Source: Bacteroidales bacterium
GTDB taxonomy: Bacteria; Bacteroidota; Bacteroidia; Bacteroidales; F082
NCBI GenBank assembly: GCA_017616735.1
Contig: JAFZXP010000078.1
Location: forward strand, 6,630-70,629
DNA length: 64,000 nucleotides
Direction: 5' to 3'
Shown here: positions 45,501-54,790 of the stretch, piece by piece
Layout of the letters: each line of letters starts with the position of its first letter
Position numbering within the stretch: position 1 is the stretch's first letter
Translations under genes and position numbers: made by a program
Notes under the pieces: model-generated
Seen by the model: only the letters and a program-made list of their open reading frames with translations
What the model was told of the DNA's origin: nothing
Databases searched by the model: none

Positions 45501-46036
45501 TTCCGTGTCACCACAAGCTCTTTGGTAACAGGATTATACTGGAATGGTGTGACGCTGAGCAACACGACGTCTACATCACGAATCTTCAACGATTCAGAGG
45601 TATAAATCGGCTCGGCAGGGAATAAGGCGTCGGTTGAATAGACAGCTTCGTCACGGGTGTATCTCATCGGGCTGTTGTCGTTGTCGAGCGGCAGCTCGGG
45701 TGCCGGCATCAACTCAACTTCGTTCAGGGTCTCGGTAACCTGATTTTTTACGTTTACACTCACTTGGGCACCTCGTGGAATGGCGATGTAGCGCGAGCAA
45801 ACTGGCAAATTAGGCTTTCCGGCTTCATTGGGCAGAAATATACCGTTAAGTACTATAGCCTGTCCACTCAATCCGTCGCGGCTGTCGTCTTGAAGGCTGA
45901 ATTCGTCAATATTCAGGCTGAGTTCCAATTTTGATCGTGAGCTGTTCACTATATTGAACGACTGCGCGCCTGCCGGCACAAACGTCAGCATGAGTAGCGC
46001 GAATACCACGACTCTGTATACAAAATTTCTTATCAT
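42539..46036 (-). CDS. Gingipain-like C25 family cysteine peptidase, T9SS cargo (1165 aa)
   Basis: Signal peptide. C25 propeptide-like region (NEAGKPNLPVCSRYIAIPRGAQV). Catalytic-dyad-like motifs HRDHGSEELWGEP and MSCNCLTGRFN. Jelly-roll-like module (EDFEAEALNPLFEW...PYEGDYCF). T9SS CTD (VTVYPNPGADQLNI...GIYFWK). Confidence 0.8.
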   Translation of the reverse strand: MIRNFVYRVVVFALLMLTFVPAGAQSFNIVNSSRSKLELSLNIDEFSLQDDSRDGLSGQAIVLNGIFLPNEAGKPNLPVCSRYIAIPRGAQVSVNVKNQVTETLNEVELMPAPELPLDNDNSPMRYTRDEAVYSTDALFPAEPIYTSESLKIRDVDVVLLSVTPFQYNPVTKELVVTRKLELELDFEGGDGTFGGDTRYRSDAWDHIIRDMVINESMLPEANYRQFIREAVARGDEGCEYLIITPDNEQFVQIADSIKLFRNQQGILTDVVTVSECGGNNGVAIRNYIINAYNNWDIPLSAVLILGDHSSDNTRGVVSYTMNNHPGGDGYNPYISDHRYSCVDNDHLPDVVVGRITGRDYEELYHMVNKDLQYERHPSTNPRFYNKPITAMGFQLDRWFQLCSEIINGFFEYELEKEPVRVNAIYQGTPGSQWSTAEYTNSVVNYFGPGGMGYIPQHMSHLTSWDGSGNTINDNINKGSFILQHRDHGSEELWGEPSYNIGYINRLANPDLTYVMSCNCLTGRFNYNGQNGCFAEAFHRHQYGALGLIAATQVSYSFLNDVYVWGMYDNMWSDFMPLYGTDHPAGFIRPAFANVSGKYYLQQSNWISWGDGREITYYLFHHHGDVYMNLYSEMPQELEVTMLPVIVEGSVQYQITATENATICLTHNGEIIGLDLATGQPQTLSITPQEVGNEVVLTVTKQNYYRYSRKIAVIPTTGPYLIFSSCEVNDADQNGQLDFNEDASLDVAIHNVGFDHIQNVNVELTTDSPYVDIISSTATYDALSPDEIVNKTDAFSIHVIDGVPDQTNIWFHLTMTDGNITFTDKFSLIVNAPVFEVTNRVIRDMNDNIIDRLYRSEKAKLTYTVKNSGHSVSDAVRSILLLEAPVFDYDNYIVDVDNIGANDSVDVTFVLRVLDDAPAGAIIGDYVKVVSNGYQIEYNSELPLGNSTEDFEAEALNPLFEWANNSNCPWVRDSIDPYEGDYCFTATSISSSKKSRLALGVEAEISDVFSFYYKGSVNSDDVFTLQINTNHFTLDGGPEWQLFEHQIPSGKNLIIFTFTRKSNAPEGSASIDLIKLPPMHVEIYDVDENYDENNQVTVYPNPGADQLNIITSGDNLTKIQIFDFQGRMILEKELNCISTTINTENWSSGIYFWKADSTTGKWIKSR

Positions 46037-46054
46037 GATTATCTTTTTAAATGG

Positions 46055-48292
46055 TTAAATTTCCTCTTTTTGTTTGATCATCTTGGCCGATTCGTCATTG
46101 CTGACAAACCAGACTATATCGTTTTCATGGAATATTGTGGAGGCTTCTGGGCTCAGAATGAAATCGTTGCCACGTTGAATGGCAATTACCATAGCCTCGT
46201 ATTTGTCTTTGAACAACGAGTCGAGCAGCGAAATCTGATGCAACGGGCTTCTCTTGGAAAGCTGCACCTTGTGAAGATTCATCTTATGATCGTGACGCTC
46301 ATGGATAAGCTCGGTGTCTTCAATGTCGAGCAAAGGCTTCACCATGTTGATGTTGTCGTCGCATCCGACAAGAGTCACTTTGTCGTATGGGTAGAACACA
46401 ATGTCTTTGTCGGGCAGATCGTATGTGTCTTTGCCACGCTCTATGCAAACCACGCTCACCTTGTATTTGTGGCGGAACTCGGTTTCCTTAAGCTTTTTGC
46501 CAACCACCTGGCTCATCGGGCTGACAACCACCCGCTCAAGATGGAAGTTTTGCTGCAGTACTTCAGGAATAATAAACGATGCTTGGCGCTGACGTTTGTT
46601 GAGGTTGTCCAAAAAACGATGCTCCAGTAGGGTGTAGAACCGCATAAATCCGTTGGAAAATGCAAGAATTATCGAGCCTACCACAGCACATCCCAAGGCC
46701 AAGAAGAAGCCGATTTTGACGTAATGCCTTATGATCATTACGATAAGCAATGTAGCCACGAGGTATCGCAACACAAAAATCAATGTGATGACGTGTTTCT
46801 CGAATATGTTTTTGGATATCAGTCGTTTGTTGGTTAGCGAGATGTTATATTTGAAGGCCATCGCCCAGATGAATGGCGATACTATTGCAAGGGTAATCAA
46901 TGTCGCGGTTATGTCGCCCCATAATCCGTTGATGTTTTTAACCACAAACGGACCTATTGCCGAGAATGCGATGATGGTGAGGGCAGCGATTATGCATCCG
47001 TAAATCACCATGTCTTTGAATTGATTCATGACAAAGGTGCGGAATGTCAAAGTCTTGTTTTCATTCACCTTGAAGCCTTCCGAATAGCTTGTCATGGCAT
47101 CTTTCCACTTGGTTGGAATCTTAGGGTTGATCCATGTGTATACAGGCTTGGCAAGCCTCATTATATAAGGTGTGAAGAAAGTGGTCACAATTGATACGGT
47201 GACTATGATAGGGTAGAGGTAGTCGTCAATTACTTTAAAGCTAAGGCCCAAAGAGGCGATAATAAATGAAAACTCGCCGATTTGGCAGAAGCAGAAGCCC
47301 GATTTTAAGGCTGTTTGTATGTCACGGCCCGAGATAAGCATGCCAAATGTGGCACTCAATGTCTTGATAATCATTACTGTGAGCGAGATTATCACTACCG
47401 GCCATGTATATTGTATTAGGATTTGCGGATTGACCAGCATTCCAACGGAGACAAAGAATATTGCTCCAAAAAGGTTTTGAATTGGTTTTACAAGTTTGTG
47501 AATGATGTCGGCTTCAAGTGTCTCGGCAAGGATTGAGCCCATCACAAAGGCGCCCAAAGCCGAACTGAAACCGGCGTAGTTGGCCAGCATAACCATGGCG
47601 AAACAAAGGCCCACGGCTATGATGACAAGTGTTTCTTCCGTCATGAATTTTCTGATTAGTCTCAGAAAAGACGGAATCAGATAGATGCCGAAAATAAACC
47701 AGATTATGAGGAAGAAAACGAGTTTTACCATGCTAAGCAGCAGCTCGATGCCGTCAAAGGCATTGCCTACTGAAAGCGTGGAGAGAATAACCATCAGGAT
47801 GACGGCCACGAGGTCCTCCACCACCAACGCCCCAATGACGTCGGCGGTGAATTTCTCGCGTTTAAGTTTTAAGTCGTCAAAAGCTTTGACGATGATACTT
47901 GTTGATGAAATGGAAAGCATGCAACCGAGGAATATGCAGTTCATTTTCTGCCATCCGAACAGTTTTCCGACCAGGAAACCCGAAGAAAACATTATCACCA
48001 GCTCGGTGAGCACCATAATGGCTCCCGGTCCGCCAACCTTCTTGAGCTTTTTGAACGAGAACTCAAGACCGATTGCGAAAAGCAGGAACACCATACCAAT
48101 CTCGCTCCAGGTGTGAACGCTGTTAGGGTCGTTGACAACCGGGAAATAGGTGAAATACGGCCCAATAAGGAACCCGGCTACGATGTAGCCGAGTACCAAG
48201 GGCTGTTTCAACCATTTGAAGATTACCGTGGTGATGCCTGCCGTGATAAGAATCAGGGCGAGGTCAAAAAACAATGCCGGTACGCCTTCCAT
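46055..48292 (-). CDS. CPA2 family cation:proton antiporter with two C-terminal RCK_C (TrkA-C) domains
   Basis: About 12-helix Na_H_exchanger-type domain (LKQPLVLGYIVAGFLIGP). Two TrkA-C-like modules (VGKKLKETEFRHKYKVSVVCIERG; LFKDKYEAMVIAIQRGNDFI). 745 aa. Confidence 0.85.
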   Translation of the reverse strand: MEGVPALFFDLALILITAGITTVIFKWLKQPLVLGYIVAGFLIGPYFTYFPVVNDPNSVHTWSEIGMVFLLFAIGLEFSFKKLKKVGGPGAIMVLTELVIMFSSGFLVGKLFGWQKMNCIFLGCMLSISSTSIIVKAFDDLKLKREKFTADVIGALVVEDLVAVILMVILSTLSVGNAFDGIELLLSMVKLVFFLIIWFIFGIYLIPSFLRLIRKFMTEETLVIIAVGLCFAMVMLANYAGFSSALGAFVMGSILAETLEADIIHKLVKPIQNLFGAIFFVSVGMLVNPQILIQYTWPVVIISLTVMIIKTLSATFGMLISGRDIQTALKSGFCFCQIGEFSFIIASLGLSFKVIDDYLYPIIVTVSIVTTFFTPYIMRLAKPVYTWINPKIPTKWKDAMTSYSEGFKVNENKTLTFRTFVMNQFKDMVIYGCIIAALTIIAFSAIGPFVVKNINGLWGDITATLITLAIVSPFIWAMAFKYNISLTNKRLISKNIFEKHVITLIFVLRYLVATLLIVMIIRHYVKIGFFLALGCAVVGSIILAFSNGFMRFYTLLEHRFLDNLNKRQRQASFIIPEVLQQNFHLERVVVSPMSQVVGKKLKETEFRHKYKVSVVCIERGKDTYDLPDKDIVFYPYDKVTLVGCDDNINMVKPLLDIEDTELIHERHDHKMNLHKVQLSKRSPLHQISLLDSLFKDKYEAMVIAIQRGNDFILSPEASTIFHENDIVWFVSNDESAKMIKQKEEI

Positions 48293-48298
48293 GTATTG

Positions 48299-51200
48299 TT
48301 ATTTCTTGATGACCTTCTTCATCCAGATATTTTCATCGCTTCTGATCTGAAGGATGTAGGAGCCGCTGAACATATCGCTCATGTCGATATTGGTGTTCAA
48401 ACCGTTCTCCGCGTTTTCAGTCTTAACGAGCACCACCTGACCGACGCTGTTGTAAACAGTAATGCTGACTTCAGCTGTGATGTTGGCGATTGACACGTTG
48501 ATCACGTCGTTGGTCGGGTTAGGATGTACGTTGAGGGCTGCTGCGTCGATCTCGTCGATGCCAGTGCCGCGCAACAGGATGGTGAGGGCTTCTGATGGCT
48601 CACTGTCGCCGCAACCGTCGGTGTGACCAACTGCTGAGAGCTGTACAGCGCCGTTCGGATAACCTTCAACCCAAGCGATTGTCACTTCGTTGCCGTTGGC
48701 TGTCATCACACCTGCGTCGGCTGGTTCGAGAGTCCAAGTGTAGCCGATGAACATCTCGCTGCCATCGATGGTGTAAGTGGTTTCAGCCTCCTGATTGTAC
48801 ACATCTGTCGGACCTTCAGGCATCGGCAGAGCGTCGACATGTGTGAAGGTGACGTCGATGCTGTGTGTGTATGAGTTCAACTGGCAGTCGGTATATTCTA
48901 TGGCGAGTGTCACATTGCCGCTATTATAGTCTTCTGCTGAAGGATAGTACTCTATTCTCTCAGCTGTTTGAACGACGACGTTACCTGTTCCTGATGTGGT
49001 CCAGCTTACAAGTGAAGTCCATGACGGGTCATTGAACTGATAATCGACTGTGAATGGATCAGCCAAGCATGTGGTGTACTGGTCGATGCAAGTCAATTCA
49101 GGAATGCCTGAATAGCTGACTGTTGTCGAAACCGAGGCTGCGCCGCAACCAAAGGCTGCGATTGTAATTTCAACGCTGCCGTTAGCGATATCTGCTTCTC
49201 CGAATGTGTAGACATCTCCATCGAATTCACCGTCGCCGAGGCTTGTCATTATGATATCATCAGCGTTGTATGCGATATATGCTTCACTGAGGTCAATCAC
49301 GCCCATGCATGCTGTAGGAGCAAGGAATGACGGCAATAACTCAATAGATACTGCCGGTAAGAATGTCACCTGCATATCATCTGACAATGATTCTGAATGC
49401 TTTGTAGCTGTCAGAGTGAGTGTTACGATGCCGTTCTCAAGGTCTTGAGCACCTGGAGTGTATATAGGATTCATGATGGTGGCATCACTGAATGTACCGT
49501 CACCTGATGTTGTCCATTCCATTGATTCCTGGTTGGCAACATAACCGTTCAACTGAACGTCGTCTGGGCATGTCTCAACGTCCATACCGGCGCTGACTGT
49601 GAGGCTTCTGTCTCTCGGGAGGATGACAAAGTCAATCCATGCGCAGTCGCTTCCGCTTGACACGCTGCTGTCTTTAGTATATCTCCAAGTGAAGCTGTGC
49701 ACACCTGCTGTAACGGAATATTGTGCTCTTGTCCAGTTTACTGAACCTGACCAATGGGATATTTCCTCATTGTCGATCAAGAAAAACAGTTTATCGTAGT
49801 TGTTTTCTGATGATACTTTGTAGTAGAATGCTATTGAATCGGCTGCACCGACTTCGTAAGTCAAGCGGAGCTCGGTTTGTGAGTTGTGGCTGATGGCACC
49901 AGACTGCATGCAATAATTGCCTTCATATGGATTTTCATCACTGAATCTCCAAGGAGTGGCAGATGTGTTTGTCCAAAGTGTCGGATCAAGCTCGCCAAGT
50001 TCGAAGTCTTCTACATTGAGACCGATCTTTGCTGTAAAGTCGCTTGTGGCTGTGTATGCGCCTGAAGCGACATCAAGACTGAATTCTGCAGCGAAACCTG
50101 ATGGTGCGGCACCTACGTAGACTTCGAAAGCCACTGTGGCTGTACTGCCGGCGTCAATGCTGTTGACTGTAACGGTCGGATCGGTTAAGATAGTCAGGAA
50201 GATGTTGTTCATCACGAGTGTGGCGTCAGTTGCCCATGAATCGGCGTTGCCCTTGTTCTCGATAGGGAAGATGAGGCTTGCTCTCTCACCTGGATCGAGG
50301 CGGCCGTTGCCATTGCCTTCGATTTCTGCGATTGTAAGACTGCCAATGGTGAACTCAGGAGCGTAAGCTTTCAAAACGATATGATTCTCATAGACATCGT
50401 CACCGCTTGTGATGACAACACTGAACTCAATGTTTGTCTTGTTAGGCACATTGTCAGAGATGGTGAATGCGAAGGCATTGTCGATGTTGAGTGTGGCATT
50501 TGAGTTGATGGCTGAGAATTCAGCAGTGCCACTGGTGATGGTCACATATTCAGATTCTGATGTGAGAGTTGCTGTGCCAGCCGGAGCTGTCTCGCTACCC
50601 ACGTTCTTGAACACGAGATCCAGACCTGATTCGTCACCGAAGTTGAGCTGTGTGGCTCCGTTAACAAGGGTGTAGTTGTCGATGATGACGTATGGTCCGC
50701 TGGCCGGAATCACTTCAATTTCAGCTTCATAGCGGAGATAGTTCTGGCCTGTCACTGTGAGATGAAGCACTGTTGGAGGCACCTGCGGGATAATGTCGAT
50801 ATTTTGGGCACTTCCGGTAGCAGTTGCTACAGCCACGATTTCGAGGTTCTCGTCTTCGCCTTTTGTCAAAGCGATGGTTGTGCCTTCAGGAGCGGTGATC
50901 TGGAACTGGTTGAAACCAGCCAACTGCACGTTCTGGTGCTGTACTGTCATTGTTTCAGGCACCTGTGTGTAGATGCGCAAGAAAGCGTCGCAGTGAGCGG
51001 TGAACATGATATAAGTGATGTCCTTGTCATCAGTGTTGTAAGGCCATGATGTCTCCTGGAGGAAATATTTGCCAGCCACATTACCGAATGCCGGGCGCCA
51101 GTTGCCTCTGTAGGCATAAGCCGGAGTGTTGGTGTTGGTTGGATATGTAGGCATAAAGCTAGGGTCAAACTGGTCGTAAACGCCCCAAACGAAAGCGTCG

Positions 51201-52927
51201 TTCACGAATGAATAAGACACCTCGGTAGGAGAGAGCACGCCCACAGCACCTGCGTTCTGTCCGTTGTAAGTGCGGCGCATCCATTTCTCGGTGAAGCAGT
51301 TGCCGTTTGAACCGGTGTAGTTGAACATACCTGTCTGGCAGTTGATTGACATAACGAAAGGCATCTTGCCCACGTTGGTCAACTGGTCGATGTGCTGGTT
51401 ACGCACTGCAGGTTCGCCCCAGCCTTCATCAAGACCGTGGTCGCGGTGCTGTACCCAGAAGGCGCCTGCGTTGACAGCATTAACCACCTGCTCTGGTGAA
51501 CCACCGGTCCAGCCACCCATCTCTGATGGAGTTGCAGGAATGTAGTTCGTTCCTGAAGGTCCGAAATAGCTCACCACCTGTGAGGTGTTCTGTGCCTCTG
51601 ACCATACATTGCCTGGTGTGCCGCTGTAAATGCAGTTGATACGCAGTGGGTTATAACCATGTGCGCGCATGTAACCGCCAAACACCTCTGAGCAAAGCTG
51701 GAACCAACGTTCGGTCTGCCATCCTAAAGCAGTAATAGGACTTGTGTAGAAGTCCGCATTCATGTTAGGATTGGTGTATTCGTATTCAATCTGCTTGTCG
51801 GCCATCATTGCGGCTTCTGTAGCATCAGCTGCAACCAAGCGTGAGAATACCATTTCAGGAAGGTTGTCATTACCTGTAACGTCGGCATACTGGATGTCGG
51901 TGATACATGTGCCGCTGTAAGGGTGGCTCACTGAGATGGCAGGAATACCTTGTGCCATATTGGTGTTGTGGTCACCAAACAGAAGCACTGCCACTGGAGC
52001 GATGTCCCATGTGTTGTATGCGTTGTGGAACCATGTCTTCATCTGTGCTGTTGTTGTTGCAGGCATTTCATCAAGACGAACAATCTGGGTGAGAATACCC
52101 TGCTGCATACGGAAGTCTCTCAAACGTGTAGCCGGCTCGACAAATCCGTCGTTGTTAGGGATAACGATGATGTATTCGGCACCGTCTTCGCCGTCACGAA
52201 GCCACTGCTGCATTCTTGCTTCGTAGTCGATTACTGGCAAGCTGCTGTAGTTCATGATGTTCTGTTCGAGGATAGGGTCGAAGTAAGGTGAACGCAGACG
52301 GTTGTCACCAAATTGACCGTTGCCGCCCACAAATTCAACAGCCATTTCAATGTTGTGATAAACAATGGCTTCCTTGGTTACAGGGTTGAATCTGACAGGG
52401 CTTACGCTGATGTTCACAACGTCGACGCCACGAATCTGTGAAGGCTCGCTGACGCTGGCAAACTCAGCCGGGTAGAAAGCGTTCTCAGAATAAACTTTCA
52501 TGTCTTTAGTGTAGTTCATGTCAGGCTCTTCGTTCTCCATCTGGATGCCCAACGATGGTTCTACATTGACATTTTTAATAACTTGTTGTTCGTAGCTCAC
52601 CACATGAAGCACTGCCTGTGCACCCTGTGGGATAGCGATAGTGCGGCTGTATACAGGCACGTTCGGCATGCCTTTCGAGTTAGGAAGGCTGATGTCGGCA
52701 ATGCCGATGGTCTGCATCTCTTCACCGTTGTAGGTGAATGATGTGAGGCTCATCTGATCGATGGTGTAATCGATAGAAACATTGCCTCTGGTCTGCTCAG
52801 TCATCTGAAGACCAGTCTTTCCGTGGTTAAATTGGAAAGTGCGGACTTCCTGAGCTGTCATTGCAGTAGTAATGCCCAGCACAAACAATGTCAGACAAAC
52901 TAATCTGCGGAAGTTGTTCTTTTTCAT
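48299..52927 (-). CDS. Gingipain-like C25 family cysteine peptidase, T9SS cargo (1542 aa)
   Basis: Paralog of 42539..46036 (NSKGMPNVPVYSRTIAIPQGAQA; HRDHGLDEGWGEP; MSINCQTGMFN; EDFELGELDPTLW...PYEGNYCM). It adds about three TTSGDGTF-type repeats and ends in a T9SS CTD (LNVHPNPTNDVINV...GSYILQI...KKVIKK). Confidence 0.8.
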   Translation of the reverse strand: MKKNNFRRLVCLTLFVLGITTAMTAQEVRTFQFNHGKTGLQMTEQTRGNVSIDYTIDQMSLTSFTYNGEEMQTIGIADISLPNSKGMPNVPVYSRTIAIPQGAQAVLHVVSYEQQVIKNVNVEPSLGIQMENEEPDMNYTKDMKVYSENAFYPAEFASVSEPSQIRGVDVVNISVSPVRFNPVTKEAIVYHNIEMAVEFVGGNGQFGDNRLRSPYFDPILEQNIMNYSSLPVIDYEARMQQWLRDGEDGAEYIIVIPNNDGFVEPATRLRDFRMQQGILTQIVRLDEMPATTTAQMKTWFHNAYNTWDIAPVAVLLFGDHNTNMAQGIPAISVSHPYSGTCITDIQYADVTGNDNLPEMVFSRLVAADATEAAMMADKQIEYEYTNPNMNADFYTSPITALGWQTERWFQLCSEVFGGYMRAHGYNPLRINCIYSGTPGNVWSEAQNTSQVVSYFGPSGTNYIPATPSEMGGWTGGSPEQVVNAVNAGAFWVQHRDHGLDEGWGEPAVRNQHIDQLTNVGKMPFVMSINCQTGMFNYTGSNGNCFTEKWMRRTYNGQNAGAVGVLSPTEVSYSFVNDAFVWGVYDQFDPSFMPTYPTNTNTPAYAYRGNWRPAFGNVAGKYFLQETSWPYNTDDKDITYIMFTAHCDAFLRIYTQVPETMTVQHQNVQLAGFNQFQITAPEGTTIALTKGEDENLEIVAVATATGSAQNIDIIPQVPPTVLHLTVTGQNYLRYEAEIEVIPASGPYVIIDNYTLVNGATQLNFGDESGLDLVFKNVGSETAPAGTATLTSESEYVTITSGTAEFSAINSNATLNIDNAFAFTISDNVPNKTNIEFSVVITSGDDVYENHIVLKAYAPEFTIGSLTIAEIEGNGNGRLDPGERASLIFPIENKGNADSWATDATLVMNNIFLTILTDPTVTVNSIDAGSTATVAFEVYVGAAPSGFAAEFSLDVASGAYTATSDFTAKIGLNVEDFELGELDPTLWTNTSATPWRFSDENPYEGNYCMQSGAISHNSQTELRLTYEVGAADSIAFYYKVSSENNYDKLFFLIDNEEISHWSGSVNWTRAQYSVTAGVHSFTWRYTKDSSVSSGSDCAWIDFVILPRDRSLTVSAGMDVETCPDDVQLNGYVANQESMEWTTSGDGTFSDATIMNPIYTPGAQDLENGIVTLTLTATKHSESLSDDMQVTFLPAVSIELLPSFLAPTACMGVIDLSEAYIAYNADDIIMTSLGDGEFDGDVYTFGEADIANGSVEITIAAFGCGAASVSTTVSYSGIPELTCIDQYTTCLADPFTVDYQFNDPSWTSLVSWTTSGTGNVVVQTAERIEYYPSAEDYNSGNVTLAIEYTDCQLNSYTHSIDVTFTHVDALPMPEGPTDVYNQEAETTYTIDGSEMFIGYTWTLEPADAGVMTANGNEVTIAWVEGYPNGAVQLSAVGHTDGCGDSEPSEALTILLRGTGIDEIDAAALNVHPNPTNDVINVSIANITAEVSITVYNSVGQVVLVKTENAENGLNTNIDMSDMFSGSYILQIRSDENIWMKKVIKK

Positions 52928-52959
52928 TTCGATTAATTTAAATTGTTAATATTTTCTAA

Positions 52960-53001
52960 AACTCTTAACTGTCAACTGTAAACTGTCAACTGTAAACTCT
53001 T
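52960..53001. repeat. Heptamer array AACTCTT AACTGTC AACTGTA AACTGTC AACTGTA AACTCTT
   Basis: Overlaps the rnfA stop (53000-53002). In minus sense it reads AGTTTAC/AGTTGAC directly after the stop. Confidence 0.85.
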
Positions 53002-53584
53002 ATACAAGTCCTCCGAATCCCATGAATGCCATTGCAAGAATACCTGCGGTAATCAATGCGATAGGGGTGCCTTTGGTGCCCTCAGGAGCTTCCATCAGGT
53101 CGATGTGCTCGCGGATGCCTGAGAAGATTATCAAAGCCAGAGCGAAACCGATGGCGATGCCGGCTGCGTAGATGACAGCCTCGCCGACGTTGTTGCCGTA
53201 GATGAAGCCTTCACCGACCACTTTCAAAGAAACGCCGAGCACGCAGCAGTTGGTGGTAATCAATGGCAAGAACACGCCTAGTGCGGTGTAAAGCGCCGGA
53301 CTGATCTTTTTCAGGATAATCTCAACCATTTGTACCAAAGCCGCAATAACCAGAATGAACGCTATGGTTTGCAAAAATTCCAAGCCGTGGACGACAAGGA
53401 CGTATTTGTTCAAAAGGTAAGTCACCAGTGTGGCCAGCACAAGCACGAAAATAACGGCTGCGCCCATACCGACTGCGGTTGATGTCTTTTTGGAAGTGCC
53501 TAAGAATGGGCAGATTCCGAGAAACTGCGCCAAAATGACGTTGTTGACAAATATTGTCGATATAAGAATGATTATGATTTTCAT
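53000..53584 (-). CDS. rnfA: Rnf electron transport complex subunit A
   Basis: FVNNVILAQFLGICPFLGTSKK, typical RnfA. Last gene of rnfBCDGEA. Confidence 0.9.
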   Translation of the reverse strand: MKIIIILISTIFVNNVILAQFLGICPFLGTSKKTSTAVGMGAAVIFVLVLATLVTYLLNKYVLVVHGLEFLQTIAFILVIAALVQMVEIILKKISPALYTALGVFLPLITTNCCVLGVSLKVVGEGFIYGNNVGEAVIYAAGIAIGFALALIIFSGIREHIDLMEAPEGTKGTPIALITAGILAMAFMGFGGLV

Positions 53585-53593
53585 GGCACTGTA

Positions 53594-54184
53594 TTATTTA
53601 GTTTTCTTTAATCTGTTGACTATTGCGATGAGGTAACCCAAGGCGATGAAAGCACCCGGAGCGAGCACGAAGATTAGAATGGTCTGTGCATCCTCAGGGA
53701 GGAATCTCATGTTGAAAATGCTTCCGCTACCCAAGATTTCACGGATAGAACCGAGCACTGTCAAGGCGAAGGTGAAGCCTAAGCCCATGCCTGCGCCGTC
53801 AAGTATTGAAGGCCATACAGGATTCTTCGAAGCGAAAGCCTCGGCGCGGCCGAGAACTATACAGTTCACAACGATCAATGGGATAAATAAGCCCAAAGTT
53901 TCGTAGATATCCGGTACGTAGGCCTGCATAACCAATTGAACTACAGTCACAAATGATGCGATAACCACGATAAAGCAAGGAATACGCACTTTGTCGGGAA
54001 TGAAGTTTTTCAATAATGAAATCACGAGGTTTGACATTATCAAAACGAATGTTGTCGCAAGTCCCATCGACATGCCGTTGATGGCGCTAGTTGTCGTGGC
54101 TAGTGTTGGGCAGCATCCTAACAAAAGGACCAGAATAGGATTTTCCTTGATAAGTCCTTTGGTGAAAGTTTTCCAGTTACTCAT
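53594..54184 (-). CDS. rnfE: Rnf electron transport complex subunit E
   Basis: [20 protein letters not shown], typical RnfE. Operon position. Confidence 0.9.
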   Translation of the reverse strand: MSNWKTFTKGLIKENPILVLLLGCCPTLATTTSAINGMSMGLATTFVLIMSNLVISLLKNFIPDKVRIPCFIVVIASFVTVVQLVMQAYVPDIYETLGLFIPLIVVNCIVLGRAEAFASKNPVWPSILDGAGMGLGFTFALTVLGSIREILGSGSIFNMRFLPEDAQTILIFVLAPGAFIALGYLIAIVNRLKKTK

Positions 54185-54764
54185 TGTTTCCTCCTTTCAT
54201 GAATTGGTCTTTGTTAGCCTCGAAACCGTCGACAGCTCTCTGAATGGCTTCCGACACGGCTCTAGAGCTGATTGTCGCTGCGGTGATGGCATCGACGTCA
54301 CCGCCGTCTTTCTTCACTCTAAGTGTGAATTGTTTAGGATCTTTGCCATCAAACTGGCCTTTGAACTTGTCGTTCACCATGTTAGCTCCCAATCCAGGGG
54401 TCTCGGCTTGTGACAATATCGACACCTTATTAATAATACCGTTTTTCAACAGTCCGACCATCAGTTCGATTTTGCCTCCGAAACCGTTCATCGAGTATGT
54501 CTTTACGGCAGCGCCGATGAAGTTGTTTTCGGCATCGAATGCCAGGTTGTAAGTGAGGTCTTCAATCACAAGAGTCTCTGTTTTGACAATTTCAACATCA
54601 GTTTTCAAAACCTCGTTGATGGCTTTGAGATTCTTGTTGGCTTCCACCTGGTCGATGGCAGGCTTTGTCAGGTTGTAAATAAATCCAAGCACTCCGCCCG
54701 ACACTATGGCTATAACCATCAGGGCGATGAGCATATTCTTTAATGTTGATTCTTTCTTTGCCAT
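54177..54764 (-). CDS. rnfG: Rnf electron transport complex subunit G
   Basis: N-terminal helix plus FMN-binding domain with [13 protein letters not shown]. Operon position. Confidence 0.85.
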   Translation of the reverse strand: MAKKESTLKNMLIALMVIAIVSGGVLGFIYNLTKPAIDQVEANKNLKAINEVLKTDVEIVKTETLVIEDLTYNLAFDAENNFIGAAVKTYSMNGFGGKIELMVGLLKNGIINKVSILSQAETPGLGANMVNDKFKGQFDGKDPKQFTLRVKKDGGDVDAITAATISSRAVSEAIQRAVDGFEANKDQFMKGGNNE

Positions 54765-54790
54765 AATTTCAAAATTTTAAGATTCAACAA

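Noticed and set aside
42539-46036. Possibility that the 1165-aa C25 protein is the T9SS sortase PorU (similar length, same peptidase family)
   Set aside because: It carries a gingipain-type propeptide region and has a larger paralog next door. No porV-like gene is adjacent, whereas porU-porV are neighbours in the genomes I recall. Only a profile search or phylogeny could exclude this.
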